This document shows positions 37,401 through 47,200 of a DNA stretch of 64,000 bases, piece by piece. The notes beneath the pieces are model-generated. The model was not told where the DNA came from. It saw nothing but the letters and a program-made list of their open reading frames with translations, and did not search any database. The DNA comes from Felis catus (taxonomy: Eukaryota). The position numbers and the translations under genes were made by a program. Every line of letters starts with the position of its first letter. The stretch's first letter is position 1. The DNA lies in the NCBI RefSeq assembly GCF_018350175.1, contig NC_058368.1, positions 196,356,001-196,420,000 of the forward strand, read 5' to 3'.

Positions 37401-40400
37401 AACGGGCCAACAGAGGGGATCTGGATTGTGGTGTGGAGAGGAGGGTTCATCCCCTCGCCGGGCCTCAGTTTCTCTGTCTGAAATCTGAAGGGGCTGGCCC
37501 AAGACCTAAACCCTGCTGCAACAGCCTCATCATCCCCGCGAGCATCTCCCTGGCCTGGGTGGGACATCAACCACCCCAAAGGCCACTAACCTGCGAAGTA
37601 TTGTCGATTCCCAAGGAATAGATGCTGAGTCTTTGACAGAGGGTGACGTATAACCCTCTTAATGACAAAGCTGGTATTTATATACGCCAACGGGGAAGAC
37701 CACAAAATAGGACCCCTTATAGTCCTGTTCTATCCTGGTCCCAGTCAAGTGACAGCAATCACTCAGAATTGGATAATATTTTGATTATGGGATGGAGCCC
37801 AACAGCCTCTCCCTCCTCTCTCCAGTTCTCACTGTCCCTCATGGTAAAGCCAAGGTGGTAGCCCCAGTCTCATCTCAGCCACCTCCTCGGCTGAGGCCAC
37901 GGTACCGTCCCAGGAGGGAGAGGGGGAGCAACCAGGCTTCCATCACAGGCAAGAGCTCGATCAGCTGGACAGTCATGGGCCCATCTCCAGGGCTGGAACC
38001 TCAGAAACATGTCAAAGCCCAGATCTCATCTCCCCCCCTCTTCTCTCAGAGCTGTCTTACTGTTCCTCACACTTGTCCTGTTCACCCATTCAACAAAATG
38101 TATCGAGCGCCTACTAAATGCCATGCACTGAGATGGCATCTGGAATGTAGTGATGGGCCAAATGGACGTGGCTCTGGACCTCATGGGCGTTTACCTTGGT
38201 GGGTGGGGAAACAGACAACACACACACACACATAAGTGGGTAAACTGATAGCAGGGTTAGTGCTCTGAATGAAACATGGCGAAGATTATCGGTGTGTGTA
38301 TAGGGGGAGCCTTCCCTGGGAAATCATGGAGGACCTGTCTGAGGAGATGACCATCAAGCTAAGACCTAAAGGGTGAGAAGGAGCTAGGCCTGCCAAGAGT
38401 CAGGGCCAAAGAGTTTTCAGGAAGAGGGAACAGCACATGCACAAGACCTGCGGCAGGTCATGGCACATCTGGGAAAGTGAAAGAAGGCTGGAGTGTCTAG
38501 AGCTTGGTGGCCAAGGAGAGAGTAAGTAGCCTGGGGCGAGGCTGGGGAGGCAGGCGGGGGCCAGGTGCTGATGCTCTACAGTCTGGTGGACTTCAGGGAG
38601 TCTAGATTTTCCAATGGGAAACCATCGGAGAAATTGTAACAGACTCCCCCAACATCTATCCCAGCTCAGCCTCCACTGGCGCGAAACAAGTACATTGTTT
38701 GCCTCCCTGGGCTTCAGTTCCCCAACTGCCTGTTTGGTCTCCCAACTGTCCAGTTCAAATGTTCTAGAGTGCTAGAAGCTCAGGTGCAGGAGAGAAGGGG
38801 CTGGCAAGAGAACGAGGTGGCCAGCAACATTTGTTGCGGGGGGGGGGGGTGCTGTCAGGTGCTGACCTTCCCTTTGCCATCCTAGATAGCAACATTACAC
38901 GGGCAGCACGCCAGAGCCCCGGGGTCTTCATGGCTCAGAAGGAGAAACTGAGGCCACAGTAGATGGGGGGGGGGGGGATTGGCCTCTCTCTCAGGATAGG
39001 TCTGTAACCCCATTCCAATCCTGCCCCATCTCAGGAACACTGGTCAGATGTCCCTGGGCAGACAGGCAGCAGCTTCTAGCTTCTAGAAAGCTGGCGATCC
39101 TGTGTCCTCAGCAGAATAAGTCTAACCTGGCTTCTGGGGCAGCCACTCTCCTTGGGAGCCTGCAAACCTCCCTTGGCCCTCTCTTTCTACTTTCTGGGAG
39201 TGAAAGGGGAAAGGTGTTTTGCCTTTGGGCAGACTTACAGCTGGGCCTCCTATCTGCCTGGGGACAACAGTTTTCAAATGACTGGTTGAGACCAGAGGCT
39301 GGGGCCGGGTTCCCTCGAAGATCCTATGCCCAGAGAGGAACGGCGATTTGCCTGACGTCACACAGCCTGAAAGTTCCTCCAGGCCTCCCACCTGTCCTCT
39401 GACCCCCACTGGCGCACCCTCTCCAGATCCTTGCTCCTGAGGAACTCCTCCTCCATCTGGACCTCTCCCAGCTGCCACCTCGCCATCCATCTCCAAAGCT
39501 GCCTGATCAGGAGGAAGCAACAACTAGAATAGAGAAGCAGGAAGAGCAGCCTTCTTTCTCCAGGGAACGGACACAAAACCGGGAGTCGGTGGCCCCAGAC
39601 ACCTCCTCTCATTCAATCTAACGCAGGGTTCTCAACCAGGGTCAACGGAGAAATCTTTTTGGAGCTTCTAGAATCCCTCGGATTATCTGCTGAATTAGGC
39701 AACACTTTTTTTCTAGGGGGAAGATTTGTATTTTCCACCAGATTTTTCTAGAGGGCCCCTTTAAAATCAAACAAAGGTACAAGACCCTTCCCTATCATGT
39801 CACAGATGGTAAAACTGAGACCCAGAAAAGATGACTAATTTAAGAGAAGCTATTGTTTAGAGGATTAGAACGCAGGCCTGGTGGTCAATCGGCCGGGGTT
39901 CAAGTCCCAGCCCCACCATTTACTGGTTATACGTCTTTGCATAAGGGTTTAACCCCTCTAGGTCGTAGATTTTTCATCGTAAAAATGGGGATGATGACAG
40001 TACCTTCAATAATGTTGTAAGAATTAAATGGGTTAATGCACGCAAGGTCTTAGGCAGTGCCTGGTCCGTTAGTAAGTGTTCCATAAACGTTAGCTGTTAG
40101 TATTTAGCCAAGGTCACACAAATGAGTGGCAGAGCTGGGGCGTCCACCCCAGTCCTCTGAGGCCTCTGGAGGCCGATAGGAGCTTCTGTGTCCCTGGGCC
40201 TCCCAAGAAGGTGCTACAATTATAGCCAGACCTCCCCAGCATCTGCCCCAGCGAGTGAGGAGTGTGTGTGTAGGGACATGGGGGTGAAGAGAGAGAGGAG
40301 GTGGGGGAAGTCCCAGGCTCCCTCCCAGCTGGAGGAAGGGGGGAGGGGTCGGACATCAAAGGGTGGGCAGGCCAACTTCCCGCCCCTAAGGCCAGGTGGC

Positions 40401-41730
40401 CTTTGTCAGGACAGGCCGGACACAGTCGGGACAATGGGGTATCGTGTTCACTTTCCGGCCAACAGGAGTCACTACTGAGCCAAGGGGCAGCCTGTTACAA
40501 GACAAAGGGGGGACCTATAAAGGAGGTCAGGCCGCCCCTCATTAAAGCTGGCCCTTTGTCCTGCCCCCTCCTCTGCCTTTGAAGAGGGTGGATCAGAGAG
40601 GCCTGCCTGGGGGCAGGAGGTTCACCGTCTCAGGAGCCAAACAGTAGCCACCTTCCCAACTGCTCCTGCTTTCCCCTCCCCCAGGGTCAAGAGTTCAGGG
40701 AGGGCCCTGGGATGGCAAGGTATGGACCCCCACACCAATTCAACCGAAGAGGGCTCTTTTTCAGCCAAAGGATATGACCCGCCACTCTCTCCACTGTACT
40801 GATGGGGGCACTGAGACCTGGAAAGGAAAGTGATCCGCCCGTGTTCACACAATCAGTGCACCACCCCTTCTGGGTATCGTGTGCAGCTTCCTCTTGGGGC
40901 TGGGATAGGGGGTGGAAGAAAGGGATGACCACCAGGGCCAGTGTGGCTGAAAGAGCCCTGGCATAAACCTGGGGACCCGCGTTCTAGTTCCAGCCTTGCC
41001 AGGCAACCACAAGGCGAGTTTCTTCACTTCTAAGGGTCTCCGTTTCCCTATCCATACAGAAGGACAGGTTGTGCTTCCTAAGCTAAGGCTCAGGCAGGCT
41101 GGGATTCTGAAGGGGGAAGCTGAGAGAACAGCACCCCCGGGACCAGAGAGGTCAGGGAGACTCAAAGGGGGGACCCACGCGGGGCCACGGCAGGGGTGAG
41201 ACAGGGGGCAACTGGGCCTGGCCCCAGCACCTGCCGGTGCCCAGGGGAACCTTCCAAAGGCTCAGGGCGAAGGAGGGGTCCTTACCGCTGCCACAGCCGC
41301 CTCCCGCCGCCACGCTGCGCCGCATCCACTCGTAGGGCGTCCGCCTTTGCGCTCCGGGCGAGGACGGTGCGCCCGGGCCGCCTAGGGGCTGCGCCAGGAG
41401 GCTTGGGCCAGGCCCAGGGGGCGCGGGCACCGGGCTAAAGTCCGGAGGGGGCCCGAATGCCAGCGGGGCTGGGCTGGCGGCGGGGGCCGCAGGGCCTGGG
41501 CCATAGGCGGCGGCCCAGTCGTCCTTGGGAGCAGAGAAGGGCGCGCTCCAGGCCGCAGAGGGTGCGGGGGCCGGCTCCACGTGAGAGTAGCCGGTGAAGT
41601 CGGGGTACTGCGAGGGCCCAGGGGGCGCGGGCGGGGGGCCGTAGGCTTGCGGGCCCAGGCCGAGGCTCGCGGGCCTGGCGGGGCCGGGGTAGACCGGAGA
41701 ATCCTTGTCCAGCACATAGCCCACGTACAT
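25715..41730 (-). CDS. CDX1: Caudal type homeobox 1, whole spliced CDS (3 exons, 263 aa)
   Basis: complement(join(41286-41730,26436-26581,25715-25915)) = 792 nt. N-terminal [10 protein letters not shown], hexapeptide YEWM, homeodomain [20 protein letters not shown]...[14 protein letters not shown]. Confidence 0.97.
26436..26581 (-). CDS. CDX1: CDX1 exon 2 (homeodomain helices 1-2)
   Basis: cag|GTAAGA acceptor, CAG|GTGTGT donor, 146 nt. Confidence 0.96.
27044..27266 (-). mobile_element. Young felid Can-SINE
   Basis: Perfect 15-bp TSD GAGTCTGCATTTTTA (27029-27043, 27267-27281), most CpGs intact. Confidence 0.95.
27690..28350 (-). mobile_element. L2 LINE fragment containing a 38-nt poly(A)
   Basis: aaatatttactgagc...gggaacagcaagtgcaaaggccc...gggagccattgcagggtt. 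Confidence 0.65.
30356..30582 (+). mobile_element. Felid Can-SINE inserted in an old L1 fragment
   Basis: SINE body, (CT)n tract, AATAAA and A tail. Confidence 0.9.
30848..31075 (+). mobile_element. Young felid Can-SINE
   Basis: Perfect 16-bp TSD AGAATGTAAGTCTTTG (30831-30846, 31076-31091). Confidence 0.95.
31097..31358. repeat. Pyrimidine-rich (CTTT/CCTT)n low-complexity tract
   Basis: Visible directly. A similar tract lies at 31600-31690. Confidence 0.9.
31359..31586 (-). mobile_element. Felid Can-SINE
   Basis: tgtttatttttgaga...gccacccaggctcccc. Confidence 0.9.
35400..35850 (-). mobile_element. L2 LINE fragment
   Basis: gagaacagcatgtgcaaaggccctgtggcag motif. Confidence 0.55.
38080..38630 (-). 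mobile_element. L2 LINE fragment
   Basis: cattcaacaaaatgtatcgagcgcctacta...gggaacagcacatgcacaagacc. Confidence 0.6.
39860..40095 (+). mobile_element. MIR SINE (one of many MIR remnants, e.g. ~9300-9425, 20270-20560, 36370-36590, 48470-48620, 49090-49235, 60385-60560)
   Basis: ggttcaagtcccagccccaccatttact...aaaatggggatgatgacagtacc...gtaagtgttccataaa. Confidence 0.7.
40684..40697 (+). promoter_or_regulatory. CDX1: DR2 retinoic acid response element in CDX1 intron 1
   Basis: GGGTCA-AG-AGTTCA, a perfect RGKTCA-N2-RGKTCA ~600 nt into intron 1. An intronic DR2 RARE is described for amniote Cdx1. Confidence 0.8.
41286..41730 (-). CDS. CDX1: CDX1 coding exon 1
   Basis: gccaccATG at 41730, donor GCG|GTAAGG, 445 nt. 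Confidence 0.96.
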
Positions 41731-41850
41731 GGTGGCCGCGGGGCCCCGCGCGCATGCTGGGCCCTGGAGCCGCCGCTGCCGGCCGCCCCGACGAGCAGAC
41801 TGTTCACCTGAACTCGCGGGCCCTGCCGCCGCGCCCGCCCCACCCAGGCC

Positions 41851-41857
41851 TTTTATA
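41851..41857 (-). promoter_or_regulatory. CDX1: CDX1 TATA box (TATAAAA)
   Basis: gcTATAAAAgg on -, ~120 nt upstream of the ATG, implying a TSS near 41820-41830. Confidence 0.85.
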
Positions 41858-41897
41858 GCTCCGGGCGCCCGCGGCCCCAGCCCGGGCGGGTTTGCAT

Positions 41898-41935
41898 TTC
41901 AAAGCGGGGGGGAGCCTCCGCGCCGCGAATCAAAG
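41898..41935 (-). promoter_or_regulatory. CDX1: Two TCF/LEF Wnt-response sites in the CDX1 proximal promoter
   Basis: CTTTGAA (41898-41904) and CTTTGAT (41929-41935) on -. Cdx1 is an established direct Wnt/LEF target through proximal sites. Confidence 0.8.
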
Positions 41936-42328
41936 GGGGAAACCCGTCGGGGGCGGGGGGTTCAAAAGGAGACAAATTGCTGCCCCAAGCGGGAGGTGGA
42001 CGGGCCGGGGCCTGGAGGGGGCGGGGGCGCGGAGGACGCGTCCCGGGCGAGCGTCGAGGCATCGCTAGGTGTGGGGCTCCTGCGGGGCCGACGGCCTGGC
42101 GGCCCGAACACTTCCTTCTCCCTGGGCCGCGTGGACCGCCCGTGACCCCATCTTACAGGTGGAGAAAAGGGATCCGAGGGGCCGGCGGGGGGACCCCAGG
42201 CCAGCATCACACAGCCACATCGGGCCTGTGGCGCACTCCGTAGTGATCAGCTTGAGGTGAGGGGGCAACCCGACTTCAAACAGGGTTCCCTCTGTAAGGT
42301 AGCGGGTCCTTAATGTTGGGGTGGGGGG

Positions 42329-42346
42329 GAGGGGTCACGACCCCTC
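42329..42346. promoter_or_regulatory. CDX1: Palindromic (IR0-type) retinoic acid response element upstream of CDX1
   Basis: GAGGGGTCA-CGACCCCTC, an 18-bp near-perfect palindrome ~0.5 kb upstream of the TSS. Position and form match the atypical mouse Cdx1 RARE as I recall it. Confidence 0.75.
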
Positions 42347-42539
42347 TGAGCCTCCGAAGCAAGCTGTGGAGGTTTTTCCGGGAAAATGCACATATGCACA
42401 TACAGGAGTCTGCATACAATCGGGGAGTTTTCCTGAGTTGACTCTCCAGAGAAAGTTCTTAAAGAGGGGCATCTTTAAGAGGCCATTCTGGGGAATTTTT
42501 CACAATTCTCTCAGCAGGCGCTTCCCTCCCCCGCCCCCT

Positions 42540-42870
42540 TTATTTTACTAAGAAGTTTCAAACATACACACAAGTGGAATTTGTAATGAGCCACTATATA
42601 CCCATCTCTCAGCTTCAACCATTATCAAGTTTTTGTAACAGTTATTTTATCGACTCCCCTCTTTTTGCCGGAGTATTTTAAAACAAACTTCAAACACCAT
42701 GTCATTTCACCCCTACATACTTCCGCATGCGTCTCTAAAACACATGGACACTTTCTTACATAATATGCCATTAGACACATCTAACAAAATTAACACAAAT
42801 TCTTGAGTCTTATCTAACACTCAGTCTGGATGCAAAATTCTCCAGTTGATTTTTTTAACAGTTGGCCTGT
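42540..42870 (-). mobile_element. Old L1 (L1M) 3' fragment bounding the CDX1 promoter
   Basis: Abrupt AT-rich block (aagtttcaaacatacacaca...cagcttcaaccattatcaa). Confidence 0.55.
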
Positions 42871-43329
42871 GTGATCAAGGTCTAAAAGCTTTGGTTCACT
42901 TATAGCTGGGGCCCATTGGTATTTTAAACGCTTCATGCGTGTCCCTCCCCCGATTAAAGAAAGACTGGTAAACATTTCACAGCTACCCAAGAGGGAGTGT
43001 GTAAAACAGCTGAGGAGCCCGGAACGGGCAGCAAGGCTGAGAGATTTGGGGAAGGATTCATGAAGGACAAGGCCTTGGGTCAGGAAGTCTTGGGGAGATG
43101 GGTTCCCTTTCCACGGGGGGGTGGGGTTCAGTGCCAACAAGCTGCACAGAAGCCCCCGACGGTGTTTGATCCTCCAACATTTCCTGGGGACACCCTACCT
43201 GTGCAGAGACGTGTGGCCCCCAAAAGGTGGACAGAATCAGGGTCTTCTCAACCTGTCCCTCCCTTGGGTCACTGCATTAGTTTGCCAGGGCAGGTCAGCA
43301 TCATTTCAAGGCTACATCCAGACAGATGT

Positions 43330-43506
43330 CAGGATCTGAATATAATTTACAGGGTCCAGTGCAAAATGACAACGTGAGGTCCCTTGCTCAAAAATGATTC
43401 AGAATTGCAAGATGGCGACAGAGAGGATTTAACCACCCATGGGGCCCTTCTAAACACTGGGCCTTGGGTGACTGTACAGGTGACCCACCCAATGAAGCTG
43501 GCGCTG
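43330..43506 (-). mobile_element. MER45A-like hAT-Tip100 element
   Basis: ataatttacagggtccagtgcaaaatg...ccaatgaagctggcgctg matches the recalled consensus, ~180 bp. Confidence 0.7.
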
Positions 43507-45915
43507 GTCAGAATCTCGTCCATCTGGGGTTCCAATGGGTACTATAACAGAATCGGGGACAGGAAGCACGGAGCTCCCCTTCCTGATCAGAGGAACTTTC
43601 CGTTGTGCAGGTGGCAGCAGTGAGGCCCAGCAAGGAAAGGGGCCATGCCCAAGTTTATGCAACAAAAAATGAAAGCTGGTGGGGAAAGGGAGCTGCCTGT
43701 CACTGACATGGAATGAGCCCATGGTTGCCTCTGTGGGAAAGGTTCCCTTTCCCAGGTCAGGAAGGGGGCGTGTTGGTGAAATTCTGACTCTTTCAAGCGG
43801 TCAGTCAAAAACTGACAAGTATACAAAGAAGGGAGAAGAGGCCCAAAAAGACAGGGTTCTCCTCTCTGAGTTGACAAAACCGGGATTGCTCAGCAGGAGG
43901 AGAAAATCTGGAATGGGACTTGAGGTTCTGAGTTTGGGGAGCCGTGCAGGACAGACCTGGGACCTGAGAGAGAAAGCTGTAGGCATAGACAGACATAGGT
44001 TTCAACCCATCCATAATAGAGTGCCCTCTGAAGGGCCATCCATTAGGAAATGGGCTGTCAGGAAATAGAGAGTGAGCTCATTATCACAGGAGGTATGCAA
44101 GTGACTGCTGGAGGTCTCTGGTCACAGACGCTGCAGAAAGCATGCCTATCCTGGGGGACAGGAAGGTTGGTACTTTCCGGGTGCCCTCTAATTCCAACAA
44201 TATGCTAAATCAGAGCTCGGGAATAGATATAGGAATTCATTTGCTCGTGTGTTCATTCATTTGACAAATATGTATTATGGTAGTGAGGCCCTGCCCTTGG
44301 GGTTTTATAGTCTGGTGGGGGGGGGGGGGAAGAAGCATGTATGAATCAAATAATCACAGATAAAAGTGAAATTACATCTTGGTAAGAGCAACGGGGAAGC
44401 TGGGCAGGGGTCCAGAAATGACGAAGACGGTGCCCAGGGCTTGGGCGGTGGCTGAGAGATGAGGGCCTTAAGGGCAGAATGGGGCCTATTTCCTGATCCG
44501 GGAGAGATCAAGACCAGGGAGCCCTGAGGCCTGGGGGAGTCATCCCACCGGCTTCGTGATCCCCTCAGGGGAACCCCCTTAGGGTTGTCCTCTCCCAGGG
44601 TGGAGGCTGGGGTAGGCCTCCTACTCCACAGACACATCCTGGGGGTAGGCCTCTACTTCCACCTTTCCCTGGGCCTGCTCTTTCCTGAACCCTGGGTGTT
44701 GGGAAGGGCGGGGCAAAGCAGGCTGGCCCCATTTCCTGGATGAGGAAGCACAGAGAGGTCCAGGTATCTAGGCAAGGTCACACAGGCACGGGGCTGGTCC
44801 CGGAAGCTGGGTCTCCGGACCCCACTGGCCTTTCTCGCTGCCCACCCAGAGTGCCCGAGGGGTCCTCGGCCCAGCCCTACTGATCCTCCAAGCATCACCC
44901 CCTCCAAGAGAGTAGGAGAGCAGGGACAACATAGACTTCGCCGCATGCTGACCATGGTAGACCCTTACAGAGCCAACGCGCTCCTTCACTCAGTGCCAGG
45001 CAGGAGGCCAAGTTCATTTGCATGTATTATTTCAGGTAGGGTGAGGCAGGGTCTTGTTACCCCCACCTTGCAGATGAAGCAGCTGGAGCTCAGAGAAGTG
45101 AAGTCACTCCCCGGAGGCCGCATAGCAGGTCCGTGGCCTCTCTGGAAGTTTTTCTTTCCTCTCCAGCCTGGGAAGGTCGTGCGCTGTGTGCGTCTCTCTC
45201 TTAAACCCGGGGTTTTGCTTATACAAATATCTGCTTCCTCTTCCTCCTCTGGCTCATGCAAAAAAGCCTCAGTTCTCCCGTTACCCTCACCTTTAGATGG
45301 ACCCCTCCAACCAGAGACCCGAGACCAGCCCTGATGTGAATCCTGCTTCCCCCTCCTGAGAACACTGTAACGTTGTTCAAAAGTCCCAGGCGGGGAATCT
45401 GAAATGGCAGGTCCCGCCCCACCTTATCCTCCGACTCGCCATGTGACCTTGAGCACCTGCCTCCCTGGGCCTCAGTGTCCCCATCTGCCCACTGGGAACT
45501 GGTTGTCTCAGACGGTGGTCCAGCACGGTACTGTGACTGTGCGGAGAAGCCCCCGTCCACCGCGTCACAGCCTCTTCCTCTGATAGCCCCTTATCTCTGG
45601 GAGCAGCTGTTTATTGGACCCTTCCTTGCCTCTGGCTCCCCGGTGGCCCCTCTTCCCTCTGGGCTACTCTCACATACCTGACCACAGCCTCCAGGGGTGG
45701 GGCGCAGAGACACGGCCTCATAAAGATCTTGGTGATAAGTCGGTTTCTAAACAGGTTTATGGCCGTGGAAGAGGAAAGGTTCTGGGCTGAGCTTTCGGTT
45801 GGAAGTGGATTGCTGAAGAGAGGCTGGTGGCCTGGCTTTCGACTTACCCAGACTGCAGCCCAAGGGCCTTGACTCACTCTGTGACCTTAGGTGAGGAACT
45901 CTCTCTGTCTGAGCT

Positions 45916-45953
45916 GTTTCTTTCTTTCTTTTTTAAATGTTTACTTTATTTTT

Positions 45954-45986
<33 letters not shown>

Positions 45987-46129
45987 CAAGCAGGGGAGGG
46001 GCAGAGAGAGAGGGAGACAGAGAACCCGAAGCAGGCTCTGTGCTGACCGCAGAGAACCTGCTGCGGGGCTTGAACCTCAGATCATGACCTGAGCAGAAGC
46101 TGGACGCTGAACCAACCGAGCCACCCAGC
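45916..46129 (-). mobile_element. Can-SINE, slightly 5'-truncated, inserted in a MIR
   Basis: TSD ctgagct(g/a)tttct on both flanks. Confidence 0.88.
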
Positions 46130-46739
46130 CTGAGCTATTTCTGAGATGAAAGCAGGCATGGCCGTTCCTGCCCTGCCCACCTCCAGGGGGCAGATGTGAG
46201 GCTCACGGGTGGGGGCTGGGGCTCCTGCGACATGTCTTTTCCTTCTGCACCCCTCTCCCCACCTCCCCCTCCCGCACCTTTCGTCTCGTCCTCCAGAGGC
46301 TGGGGCGTCACCTGCTGGCACTGCGGGGTACTACCGGAAGGCTCACAGGCTGCCTGTTCTCCAACTTGACCCCCTGCCAGACTCCCTGATTCTCCTCCTG
46401 CTCCCCGTGGGGAAGGAAGGCAGCCCTCCAGTACATCGCCACTTAGGGAGCAGAAAGGATGCTAGAACCTAAGGCCTAGGGGCAGAATCATCTGAAGGGG
46501 CAGAGCATCGGACCCTTTGTTCAAAGAAGATACAGCAGCCAGGGAAGGAAAGGAAGGTCACTCCGTGAGTCAGTGGTTAAGCATGGACTGGGGCCCACAA
46601 GTCCTAACTCCCTATAGGGTGCATTCCAACAGTCTCTATTTACGATCCAGTGCTGGAGGGAGGGCAGCCAGTCCATAGTCAACTCCAACAGCCTCCATAC
46701 TAGCCCCCTGCTGTCGCCTTTGTTAGCCCATCCTTCACA

Positions 46740-47200
46740 GTGCACTACAGTGACCTGATCTTATCAGTCCCTGTTTAAAATCGTGCACTGGCCCTCCTGA
46801 CCCTCAAGACAAAACCCACAAGACCCTGAGGCCTGGCCGCTGGCTTCCTCTCCAGGCTCTACCCCGCCATGTCCCCTCTGTGTCGCAACCATTCTTTTCT
46901 TTCTGTTCAAACACACCAAGTTCTTTTTGGCTTCCAAGTTTTTGCATATGCTGTTCCCTCTACCTAGAACACTGTTCCCACTCTTGTGTTGTGTGTGGCC
47001 TCTTAACCTCAGGCTTCAGTTGAAGTATTTCTTTCCCAGAGAAACCTCAATCTGCCTAGACAAAAGCCCCCACCCTTATTCTTCATCTTTTTCATCACAC
47101 TGATCACAATATGATATCACTGATTTGTGGTTTCCTTGGTGTTTGCTTGTGAGCCCTATGAGGGTGGGGCCCATAGTAGGTGCTCAATTAATTTCTACTC
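46740..47200 (+). mobile_element. L2 LINE 3' fragment
   Basis: tttgcatatgctgttccctctacctagaacac...catagtaggtgctcaattaa. Confidence 0.55.

Larger units (their letters stand above)
41140..42300. promoter_or_regulatory. CDX1: CDX1 CpG island
   Basis: Very high CpG and GC density across exon 1 and the proximal promoter. Confidence 0.85.
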
